Below, in pieces: positions 52,002 to 61,185 of a DNA stretch of 64,000 bases. The stretch covers positions 1,792,001 through 1,856,000 of the forward strand of contig CBDBKE010000004.1 in assembly GCA_965206645.1 (NCBI GenBank). Reading direction: 5' to 3'. Positions within the stretch are counted from its first letter, which is position 1. The number at the start of each line of letters is the position of its first letter. The position numbers were made by a program, and so were the translations under genes. Below the pieces are notes generated by a model. It was not told where the DNA came from, made no database searches, and worked only from the letters and a program-made list of their open reading frames with translations. The stretch is from Terriglobia bacterium (GTDB taxonomy: Bacteria > Acidobacteriota > Terriglobia > JAJPHL01 > JAPKYU01).

Positions 52002-53189
52002 AACTGGTTTCAGTGGCAGGGGAGGGCTATAGGCCCCCGGCGCCGGGGGCCTATAGGCGAGCGCCGAGTGCGGCCGCACCGTGTTGTATTGCACCCTCCA
52101 CTGTTCAATCACCACCTGTGCCTCCTTCAACGAGTAGAAGATCTCTCCATTCAGGCATTCGTCCCGCAGCTTCCCATTGAAACTCTCGCAGTACCCGTTC
52201 TCCCAGGGACTGCCCGGTTCGATGTACAGTGTCCCGGTCCCTAGATTTGCCAACCACTGGCGCAGTTGTTTGGCGATGAACTCGGGACCATTGTCGGATC
52301 GAATCTGTTCCGGTATCCCTCGCCACAACATCACGTCCGACAACGCCTCAATGATTTGTTGGCTGCCCATCCTCCGCTCCACCCGGATCGCCAGGCATTC
52401 CCGCGTGTACTCATCCAGCAAGGTCAGCAGCCGCAGCGTTCTCCCCTCGTGCGTTCTGGCACTCATGAGGTCGTAGCTCCACACGTGGTTCGGTCGCTCC
52501 GGCCTCAGTCGTACACAGGAACCGTCGTTCAGCCACAGCCGTCCTCGCGGCCTTTGTTTTTGCGGCACTTTCAGCCCTTCCCGCCGCCAAATCCGCTGCA
52601 CCCGGTCCTTGCCCACTTCCCAGCCCGCACTCCGCAGCAACGCTGTGATCCTCCGGTAGCCATATCGCCCGTACTTCGCTCCCAGGGCAATGATCGCTCG
52701 GGTCAGAGCATCCTCGTCCACCCGATGAATCGGCTCGTATCGTTGTGTCCCTCGCCATTGCCCCAGCAGCCGGCAGGCATGCCGTTCCGACAACCCGTGT
52801 TGCTCCCACGCACGCTCCACCGCACAACGCCGCCGCTCAGGGCTCAGAAGTTTCCCTGTGCCACATCCCGCAGCACCTGCTTCTCCAGAGAAAGCTCCGC
52901 TACCAACCGCTTCAGCCGCGTGTTTTCCTTCTCCAACTCCTTTAGCCGTTTTGCCTGCACCACCTTCAGCCCGCCGTATTCCTTCCGCCACCGGTAGTAG
53001 GTTTGGGTGTGGATTCCAGCTTCTTTGCAGGCTTGGGGCGCAGTCTTCCCGTTCCCCATCTGCACTTCTATCTGCCGTAGCACCGCTACAATCTGCTCCG
53101 GCTTGTAACTCCTTGTCGGCATGACCTCACTTCCTCCTCAAGTGGATTCTCTCTCTTTCCACTTGGTACAAAAAGTGCCGGTCAGGTCA
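51940..53189 (-). mobile_element. IS3 family element, 1250 bp, without target duplication
   Basis: IRs TGACCAGACCG..TTTTTGTACCAA / TGACCTGACCG..TTTTTGTACCAA; flanks CGTG and CCCC differ. Confidence 0.92.
51978..53122 (-). CDS. IS3 transposase OrfA (52844-53122) / OrfB, programmed -1 frameshift
   Basis: GGGAAAC slippery site; YGYRRI, LDEYTRE, SDNGPEF, SPWENGYCESFNG. Confidence 0.92.
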
Positions 53190-53564
53190 CCCCAGGGTGG
53201 CAAACCCACCTTCGAAACAGCAAACGTTGAACTGGACGAGGACTATGCCCAGCGGCACCCCGGCGCCCGACCAGGCTCGTATGTCATGCTCACCGCACGC
53301 GACAGCGGGCTCGGTATGGACGAAGAGACACTGACCCACATCTTCGAGCCTTTTTTCCTTATCAAGGAAAAAGGTAAAGGGACTGGGCTTTCCCTGGCGG
53401 CCGTCTACGGGGCTGTCAAGCAGACGGGCGGTTATATCTGGGCTGACAGCGAACTGGGTCGGGGTACGACATTCACGATCTATTTGCCGCGTACCGACAA
53501 GACAGTTGAGGCTGGGAGTGAGCCGGGGGTGCCTATCCCGGAGTGGCGCGCCTCCAAAGTTTAG
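53190..53564 (+). pseudogene. HATPase_c fragment of a hybrid sensor histidine kinase
   Basis: PQGGK..ETANVELD, DSGLGMD, HIFEPFF, KGKGTGLSL, SELGRGTTFTIYLP; no HisKA or sensor domain; starts at the IS end. Confidence 0.85.
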
Positions 53565-53619
53565 GGCGGCGTTGCTCGGCTAGGGAAAGTAGGCAGTTGC
53601 CCCCGCCGTGCCAAAAAAG

Positions 53620-55198
53620 ATGAGCGCCCAAATACCAGCTAAGATTCTGGCGATTGACGACGACGAGATGGCGCTGGTGATCATGCGCAAGCTCCTGGAA
53701 GCGGAGGACTGTTCGGTCGAGGTGTTGACCCCACCGCGCGAGGCACTGGCCAAGCTGCCGGAAAACCATTACGACGCCATCCTCTGCGATATGTGGATGG
53801 CTGAGATGAACGGCAAGGAATTCTATGAGCAGGTGAAGAACGATTTCCCCGAGTACCAGCGACGAGTCATTTTTGTGACTGGCGATATCGCCTCGGAAGC
53901 CACCTGGGATTTCATTGACGATCGGCACCTCCCGTACGTGATCAAGCCTTTTAGCCGTACCGAGTTGCGCCGGAAACTGCAGCAGGTGCTAGGGGAACGG
54001 CCCGTCGTTGCTCAGCCCAAAAAGCCCGTGCCGGCGGTCGAGCCCGGTGTCAATAGGCGGCGCCATCGCCGAATCAAGATGAAGGCGAACGCCCGGGTGC
54101 GCCGGAAGAAATGGGCGGTTGGCGGCCCCGACATCAGGGCTGTGGTCAATGCCAGCAAGGAGGGCATCTTTTTTGTGACCGACCAGGAGTACCGCGTCGG
54201 CACGGAGGTGCTGGTGGCCTTCCCTTATGTGGGTTACAACGACATCGAGCAGGAAGGGTACGTAGTCCGGGTGGAAGAGCAGCCCGAAGGCCGCCGAGGC
54301 GTCGCCATCGCGATGGGTGAAGCCGCGGCGTCCGCGCGTGCGAACTTCGCTGGTTCGGAAGAAGACGCCAGGCGCCATCACATCCTGAGCATGGCGGACC
54401 TGTCCAGGCAGACGCTGGCCCCCGGCACTCCGGCCGAGCAAGTAGCAGCTGCAAGAGTCGCCGGCGACCGGAGTGAAGCGCGCCGACTCGCCGAGGAACT
54501 GGACGAGCTGAAGACTACCCACGATCAAGTGGTCGACCAACGCGACCACTTGGTCTCAGAGGAAGCCAACCTCAATGAACAATTACGGGAAATGGACGCG
54601 GCCAAGGGCTCCATGACTCAGCTGGTCGATGACCTGACGGGACAGATGGAATCGGTACAGGAGGACCTTGCGAAAACCGACGAGTACCGCTTTCAGGCCA
54701 CTCGCGACGATTTGACCGGCCTGTGGAACCGCGGGGCAATCCTGGACATCCTGAAACGGGAACTGGTTCGCGCCCAGCGCGAAGGGACCTCCGTCGGCGT
54801 TACCATGGCCGACCTGGATCACTTCAAGAACATCAACGACACCTACGGGCACTTGGCGGGCGACGCTGTGCTGCGCGAATCTGCCCAAAGAATCAATGGG
54901 GCTGTGCGCACTTACGACGCGGTGGGCCGGTATGGTGGCGAAGAGTTTTTGATCGTCCTGTCGGGATCCAACGAGGTAACCATGGACCATGGCCGAACGC
55001 ATCCGGACACTTGTCGGCACTGAACCTGTGTCCACGGCCGACGGCGTCATTCCCGTCACGCTCAGCATGGGGGTTACCTTCGGTGGCCAAAAACAGGAAG
55101 AGGAAGTGGAGGCAATCCTGCGTGCCGCAGATTCGGCTCTCTATCGAGCCAAGCGTGCAGGGCGCAACCGCGTCGAGATAACCTCCGCCGACGGGTAA
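53620..55198 (+). pseudogene. REC-PilZ-coiled coil-GGDEF diguanylate cyclase, frameshifted near 54985
   Basis: REC (IDDD, CDMWM, KPF); PilZ RRHRR and NASKEG; coiled coil; DDLTGLWNR, DLDHFKNINDTYGHLAGD, RYGGEEF; C-terminus (AERIR, ADSALYRAKRAGRNRV) in another frame. Confidence 0.85.
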
Positions 55199-55465
55199 TT
55201 CGGCGGCGTCCACGTTCAGCTTCTCCACCGGTTTGGGCCCCGTGACAAATCGCACCCTCGACCGGAGCAGCAGCCGTAAACAACCCCTTGTCCGAGACCA
55301 CCACACTTCCCCAGCATTACCATTGGGGGCCAGCGTAACCATTGGAGGATGCTGCCTGCGGTTATCTTTGGTAAGGCCTAGCTCCGGCTTCGTGCAGAGG
55401 TCCGGTGTGGGAGCCAGCCGGGGACGCAAGCAAGCGCGTGCTTCTCAACAGTTTCAGCTTGCCGG

Positions 55466-55508
55466 AAAAAGAAAGCCCGGCGGATCAGGTGTCGCCAACC
55501 CGCCGGGT
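55466..55508 (-). terminator. Probable Rho-independent terminator of hsp20
   Basis: CCCGGCGG...CCGCCGGG stem followed by CTTTCTTTTT on the minus strand. Confidence 0.65.
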
Positions 55509-55556
55509 AGCCAGAGCAATCAGACGGGGCCCGCGGTTGCGGAGCCCAGCAAGTCC

Positions 55557-56021
55557 TTAGGATTTGATGCTGATCTGCTTCGTCTGGGACTTGCCCTCGA
55601 CCTTCTCGAACCGCACCTTTAGCACCCCATTCTTCAGTTCAGCCTTACTCTTCTCCGGATTCACCAACTCGGGAAGCTCCAGCGTACGCACGAAGGAAAA
55701 ATAGCTCGCTTCGCGCCGGTGATAGTTGGCCTTTTTGTCCTCGGTCTCCTGCTTCCGCTCACCCTTCAGCGTGAGCCCGTGGTCGTTGTGCAGGATCTGG
55801 AGGGTCTCAGCAGTGAACCCCGGCACCTGAGCTTCAACGACATACTCTTTGTCGGTTTCGTAGGTGTTTACAGCCGGGCTAAAGTCATAGCCGCCGCCGA
55901 TGCTCGGCCGGCCGCGCTCGCCGAAGTAGTCGCTGCCGAAGGGGTTGACAAAGGCGCGATCCAGGTCTCTGCCGAGATCGCGCATCAGTTTAAAGGGTTC
56001 CCATCGTACTAGATAAGCCAT
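55557..56021 (-). CDS. Hsp20/alpha-crystallin small heat shock protein
   Basis: LVRWEPF, PAVNTYET, AQVPG, LTLKGERK, FVRTLELP, AELKNGVLKV; GGAGGTG RBS. Confidence 0.93.
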   Translation of the reverse strand: MAYLVRWEPFKLMRDLGRDLDRAFVNPFGSDYFGERGRPSIGGGYDFSPAVNTYETDKEYVVEAQVPGFTAETLQILHNDHGLTLKGERKQETEDKKANYHRREASYFSFVRTLELPELVNPEKSKAELKNGVLKVRFEKVEGKSQTKQISIKS

Positions 56022-56069
56022 TGTGACTCACCTCCTGGTTGTCCAGCTCATTGCTGGTCTCACTCAGTT

Positions 56070-56098
56070 AGATGGAGGAGCAGGCCACATGGTTTCAA
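56070..56098 (-). promoter_or_regulatory. Sigma32-like heat-shock promoter candidate for hsp20
   Basis: TTGAAA-15nt-CTCCATCT versus consensus TTGAAA-N13-15-CCCCATNT. Confidence 0.4.
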
Positions 56099-56159
56099 CT
56101 TTATAGGAATATAATCTTAGTGTTATGCGCTAATATATATTCCATTTATGTTCAATAAG

Positions 56160-57269
56160 TTATAGAAAATATGGGCCATACAGCCATCTCGCCCCGGAAA
56201 GCCCGACCACAGTGAACCCTCCCACCCCAAGCAGCTCCACACGGTCCAATGCAGGAACGCTGAGCGACACCTGAACCGCCGTCTGGGTGGTGTAAGGACC
56301 TGACGAGGTGATCTGGAGAGCGCCGTCACGGACTTGCGTGGAGATGAGTCCAATCAGGTCGTCCTCCGCCTCAATCCGCAGTGGCGAGGCCTCCTGTCCG
56401 ACCATGACCTCAACGCTGGCGATCGCGAACAGCTGGATCCGCCGAAACGCTCCGACTGGCCGGACCTCGGAGACGACGATCCCGGAACCGTGGACCGGGT
56501 CCGGCAGCGTGGCCGTTATCTCTGTGGAGTTGCTTCGCCTGCCGCGGGAAATCAGAAAAACTCGGCCACTGGTGAATTCCTCAGGAGCCACGACGTTTAA
56601 CTGGTAAACAGCCACGAAGCCTGGCGCCAGTCCGGCAAACTCCACCTGGGCTTGCTTTCCTCCGATATAGACCTCCGGGAGATCGGCGACCCGGTTGAGG
56701 GGTTCCCCGCCGGCGCCGCCCATCCCGGTGGCCGCCTGAGGATCCATCTCTCCCAGGCCGATGGCGTAGAGGATCACGCGCTGCCCGGGAGCAACCGTCT
56801 CAAGAAGCGTAAAGGAGGGATCCAAGAGCACGGGAGTCCCTTTGCCATCGCCGCTTCGGGTAAAGATTCCCGGCGAGGTGGGCAATAGAGCGACCGAGTA
56901 CGCCGGACTCTGCCCTTGCCGGGTGACGACGACCAGATCCACTTTCTCCGCGCTAATGCCGAATGGGATCTGTGCGTTGATCTGATCCGGAGAGACAAAG
57001 TAAAGCGGGGCCTCCAGACCGTTGACAGCAACGGTGACTCCGTCCAGCTCTGTCGGGAGGGGCACCTCCGAAGCAGCGTCAGTCGATTGGGCGAGCTCGG
57101 TTCCAAAGATCGAAACCAGCGATCCTGGGGAGACGAGAGGCCCAAACGACGCCCCGTCGAGAACTGCCCGGATATTCGGCTGTGCACCGGCTGAGGAAAC
57201 CAACACGAGGTAAACCAAACTGCCGAACAGGAGTCGAACCGGGCTGCGACCGAGTCTCATCGGTAACAT
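56160..57269 (-). CDS. Exported TIGR03437-type domain protein fused to an apparently truncated DUF2807 (GIN) domain
   Basis: Signal peptide; DGASF, PGSLVSIFG, APLYFVSPDQINAQIP, FAGLAPGFVAVYQLN; then GSGIVVSEVR, RIEAEDDLI; ends in an AT-rich tract. Confidence 0.75.
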   Translation of the reverse strand: MLPMRLGRSPVRLLFGSLVYLVLVSSAGAQPNIRAVLDGASFGPLVSPGSLVSIFGTELAQSTDAASEVPLPTELDGVTVAVNGLEAPLYFVSPDQINAQIPFGISAEKVDLVVVTRQGQSPAYSVALLPTSPGIFTRSGDGKGTPVLLDPSFTLLETVAPGQRVILYAIGLGEMDPQAATGMGGAGGEPLNRVADLPEVYIGGKQAQVEFAGLAPGFVAVYQLNVVAPEEFTSGRVFLISRGRRSNSTEITATLPDPVHGSGIVVSEVRPVGAFRRIQLFAIASVEVMVGQEASPLRIEAEDDLIGLISTQVRDGALQITSSGPYTTQTAVQVSLSVPALDRVELLGVGGFTVVGLSGARWLYGPYFL

Positions 57270-57455
57270 CCTTGCCCTGGCTGATCATGAGGAAGGAACC
57301 GCCTCACTTGGGCCATCTTAGGCCTCGCCCACAGGCAAGTCAACGTGATGACCCGGCCATTCGCGCCGGTCTTCTTCCGCCTGCCGCACATGAAGCGGAC
57401 CGGAAGATTCTTTCCGCGTTTGCGTGCCTGATGCTGCCCGACTTATGATTCCAAT

Positions 57456-57839
57456 ATGGCTGGAACACGGAAACTTACAATGACCATCGGACCGGTGAAA
57501 GTGGAGGCCGAGTTGTTTGACACCCCAACCGCCGATGCCATCTACGCAAAGTTGCCTTTCACTTCCACTGCTTCCACCTGGGGAGATGAGGTCTACTTCT
57601 CCGCACCGGTTCAAGTGAGTAAGGAGCCGGATGCCAAGGACGTGGTCGAGGCGGGCGAGTTGGCCTTCTGGGTTGAGGGCGACTCCATCGCCATCGGCTT
57701 TGGCCCCACACCGGTTTCCCGCGGCAAGGAAATCCGCCTCGCTGCGCGGACGAACATCTGGGGCAAGACACTCGCGCCCGTTACACAATTGAAAAAAGTG
57801 AAAGACGGCGATCCTATCAAGGTCGAAAAGCTTGGCTAG
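57456..57839 (+). CDS. Cyclophilin-like fold protein (TM1367-like)
   Basis: TPTADAIYAKLPF, TWGDEVYF, GELAFW, IAIGFGPTP. Confidence 0.82.
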   Translation: MAGTRKLTMTIGPVKVEAELFDTPTADAIYAKLPFTSTASTWGDEVYFSAPVQVSKEPDAKDVVEAGELAFWVEGDSIAIGFGPTPVSRGKEIRLAARTNIWGKTLAPVTQLKKVKDGDPIKVEKLG

Positions 57840-57981
57840 TCGCGTCCGGCAGAAGCTATTCCGGCTTCATGGATCCTTGTCAAGCTATCGATGCTGCAAG
57901 GAGGAAATTATATCCGATTTTCCACGTTGAAGTGTTGCCATGGCGCCATAAGGGGTGGCAGGGCGATGGCGAAGTCTCCTG

Positions 57982-58785
57982 CTATTTGAAAAAAACCGAG
58001 TCCATTCCGCCGGTCACGCTGATGGTGGCCGCGGTGATGTTGTTGGCGCGGTCTGAACTCAGAAACACTACCAGGCTGCCGATGTCCTCCGGTGTTTGGG
58101 CTCGCTGGAGCGGGATTGGCTCCAGATATGTCTTAAAGATCGTTTCCTTATCCAGGCCGCTTCTAGCCGCGAGGTCGCCAAGAACCTTCTCCCAAATGGG
58201 TGTCCGCACGATGCCAGGGCAAATGGCATTGACATTGATGTTGTAAGCGCCGAATTCGTAGGCCAGCGAGCGGGTCAAGGCGATGACGCCTGCCTTGGCG
58301 GCACAATAGGGAGCCTGTTGAGCTGTGGGGTAGAGAGCCGCGATCGAGGATATGTTGATGATCTTCCCGCTGCGGCGTTCCACCATGTCCGCCAGTACGC
58401 TGGCGCAGCAAAGATAGGTGCCCTTGAGATTGACGGCCACGATGCGATCCCATTCAGCCTCCGTGAGCTCCCGGAAGGGTTTGACGAGTGCGATACCAGC
58501 AACGTTGACGAGGATATCGATCGCGCCGAAGCTTTGCTGCGCCACGGCAGCTATTTGTTTTGTATCCGCCGCCACGGTCACGTCGCAGCGCACGAACCGA
58601 GCGTGTCCGCCCCGTTGCTCGATTTCTCGCGCCACCTGCTGGCCGGATTCGACGTTGAGGTCGGCGACGACGGTGTTGACTCCTTCTCCGGCTAAGGTGA
58701 GGCAGATCCCTCGGCCAATGCCTTGAGCGCCTCCGGTCACGATAGCTGTTTTACCCTTTAGACCTTTGTCGTTCGCTGAATTCAT
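57982..58785 (-). CDS. SDR family NAD(P)-dependent oxidoreductase
   Basis: VTGGAQGIG, NISS, YCAAK, VNAICPG. Confidence 0.92.
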   Translation of the reverse strand: MNSANDKGLKGKTAIVTGGAQGIGRGICLTLAGEGVNTVVADLNVESGQQVAREIEQRGGHARFVRCDVTVAADTKQIAAVAQQSFGAIDILVNVAGIALVKPFRELTEAEWDRIVAVNLKGTYLCCASVLADMVERRSGKIINISSIAALYPTAQQAPYCAAKAGVIALTRSLAYEFGAYNINVNAICPGIVRTPIWEKVLGDLAARSGLDKETIFKTYLEPIPLQRAQTPEDIGSLVVFLSSDRANNITAATISVTGGMDSVFFK

Positions 58786-58959
58786 GTTTCCTCCCGCCTT
58801 GCTCTCGAAAGATTCTTCGCGTGGTTGGTCCGCGATCTCGATCTGATCCTTAGCGAGCGCTCGGTTGCCGAAGACGGTGTTAGGAAGGGTGAGCGAGGAG
58901 AGCGAATGAGAAGGACACTCGCAGTCCGTCTCAAAGTCAGCCAGCAGACAGACTCGCAG

Positions 58960-59859
58960 TTACTTCGTTCGTTCGCGCAACCGGAGCTCCAGGTGGCTCT
59001 TTTCGGCAGCTAGCTGCTCACGCTGGGCGACTACACGCTCATAGCTAGTCTTCAGGTCGGCGAGCTCCTGCATCAGATGGCGCGCTTCGTCCCGCGAACG
59101 GGCAAGTTGCAACTTCACGTCGGCTACATCGACCGTCGCCTCTCCCTCGTAGGCCCCCAACACACCGCGGATGGCCGACGCCGCCCCGCCCAATGCGATG
59201 GCCACGCCTCGCCGCCCCTCCCCTCGCTCACTGACCCGAACCACGTACCCTCCCTGCCACACGTCGGCGGCTTCCGGATAGGGAAAGGAAACCACCACTT
59301 CGGTTCCGACCCGGTACTGCTGGGTGGTCAGGAAGTAGACGCCCTCTTTGCTGGCATTGTCGACCTCGGCGATCTCCAAATCCTCAGATTCCGACTCCTT
59401 GCGTACCCGAGCGTGCGCCTTCGTTCTAACCCGCTCATGCCGCCGTTTCTCTGGCCCCTCCTGCTCCTCCGCACCGACCTCCGGCCCGATCACCTCTTCC
59501 AGTCTTCGGCGCAACTCGTTAGGGCTGATGGGCTTCAGCACGTAAGGCAGGCCGTTCCCCTCGATGAACTCCCAGGTGGTTTCCGAAGCCAAATCCCCGG
59601 TCAGAATCACAGTGCGGTTCTGGTAGTCGGGAAATTCTTTTCTCAGCCGGTCGTAGAAGTCCTTGCCGCTCATCCCCGGCATCCACATGTCGCAGAGGAT
59701 GACGTCGTAGCGGGATTCGGAAAGACGGACCAGCGCGTCGTTCGCCGACGGCGAAACATCCACGAAGACACCGGTCGCTTCCAGCAGCTTGCGAACAACG
59801 ATCAACGTCGCTTCGTCGTCGTCAATCACCAGGATTCTGGATGCGTGCGTGCTGCTCAT
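58960..59859 (-). CDS. REC-PilZ-coiled coil protein (paralogue of the 53620 gene, no GGDEF)
   Basis: IDDD, CDMWMPGMSG, TGDLASETTWEFI, KP; KRRHER and NASKEG; C-terminal heptads. Confidence 0.85.
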   Translation of the reverse strand: MSSTHASRILVIDDDEATLIVVRKLLEATGVFVDVSPSANDALVRLSESRYDVILCDMWMPGMSGKDFYDRLRKEFPDYQNRTVILTGDLASETTWEFIEGNGLPYVLKPISPNELRRRLEEVIGPEVGAEEQEGPEKRRHERVRTKAHARVRKESESEDLEIAEVDNASKEGVYFLTTQQYRVGTEVVVSFPYPEAADVWQGGYVVRVSERGEGRRGVAIALGGAASAIRGVLGAYEGEATVDVADVKLQLARSRDEARHLMQELADLKTSYERVVAQREQLAAEKSHLELRLRERTK

Positions 59860-59873
59860 GGGGATTCCGCCTC

Positions 59874-61049
59874 TTATCTGCGAGTGGTTTCGCCAGCTTT
59901 CGAGGACCGAAGCGGTCCCAAATCCGCCTGCAACACGGCAGCAGCGAAACTCAACAAGTCGCCCTTCTCCCGCGCCACTTCCATAAGGCGCCGGTGATCC
60001 CCGGCCAGCTGGCACAATTGAAGAACCGTGGGGCAGGCGAGCTGGGTAGGATCGTGATCGCGAAGATGTGTGAGCGAAACTTCGATTGCGTCGGCATAGC
60101 GCCCAAGGCGGGCCAGAAACCCAACCAGAGCCTGGGCGGGGCGGCTGTCTTCTTGGGGATTCGCCTTAGCAGCCTTCTCTTGGAAATGTGTGATTGCCGA
60201 ATCGACGTCGTCGTCTAGGAGAGCCCGCAGGTAGACGGCGTGGTCCTGATACAGATTTTCGAATGGCGGTTCGCTACGGTAGTGGAACATCGGCGACAGG
60301 CGGTTTCCGTATTCTGCCAACTCCAGTGCGAGCAAAAGCGTTTCCCGGTCGTCCAGCTCAAGGCTCGACGGGAGGATGGAGGCAAGGTGCGTCGAGTCGA
60401 TATGACAGCCGTATTCCCCAAACAGCCAGTCGCGCCCTGCTGTCAGCTCGGCTAGGCTGTTCTTGTCCGGACTTTGGCCCTCCTGCCCGGCAATAACCCG
60501 TTTTAGGTTCTCACGCAGCTCGGCATGCAGGCTCCGGACTAGCATGCGGGTACAATCCTGCCTGCCCTTGCGGCCTGGATACTGCCCCAAGGTTGTGATC
60601 GCTCTACAGGTCCCGTAATTCGCCAGGATCAGCTCGAACCCCTTCCGGGGATGAACTTGTTCGAAGAAAGCAATCTCGATGATCCGGTCAAGCCCTTCGC
60701 CGGGCGAAACCTCCTCGATGGCCGCGGCCACCGGCCCCGGCTCCCCGATCGCACGAAAATAGGGCCACGCCCTTTCGATGTCGCCGTCGGTCAGGAAAAG
60801 ATGGCCTGCCTCGCGGGCCGCCTGGACCAGGGCCGCCTCGTATGCGCGTGCCTTCTGTTCCGGCATCTGGGGCGCTTCCACCTCAATCAGCGGCAGGCCG
60901 AGCTCGCAACGCTTTTTCATGAGCCGTGCTTCAAACAGGAGGGGATATTTCTTCTCGCGGAGAAATTCTTCCGCCAGTAAGTCGAAACCGGCCTCCGCGC
61001 CATCCGATCGCAGAATCTGCTCGACCCGCTCAAATAGCTCTTGTGTCAT
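59874..61049 (-). CDS. Hypothetical all-helical protein (391 aa)
   Basis: Long ORF with host-like codon use and GAGG RBS; no catalytic motif recognised. Confidence 0.7.
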   Translation of the reverse strand: MTQELFERVEQILRSDGAEAGFDLLAEEFLREKKYPLLFEARLMKKRCELGLPLIEVEAPQMPEQKARAYEAALVQAAREAGHLFLTDGDIERAWPYFRAIGEPGPVAAAIEEVSPGEGLDRIIEIAFFEQVHPRKGFELILANYGTCRAITTLGQYPGRKGRQDCTRMLVRSLHAELRENLKRVIAGQEGQSPDKNSLAELTAGRDWLFGEYGCHIDSTHLASILPSSLELDDRETLLLALELAEYGNRLSPMFHYRSEPPFENLYQDHAVYLRALLDDDVDSAITHFQEKAAKANPQEDSRPAQALVGFLARLGRYADAIEVSLTHLRDHDPTQLACPTVLQLCQLAGDHRRLMEVAREKGDLLSFAAAVLQADLGPLRSSKAGETTRR

Positions 61050-61185
61050 CCGGACATCCTCACTCCCGTCGGCCCGGCTTGAGGTAGTTAGGAATGCTTC
61101 CCCCCTTTCCAAGCACATTATGGCTGATTTTGTTCGCGAGTGACTATCCCGTTAGAGTCTCCACGAACCGATAGCAAGGTTGGCC

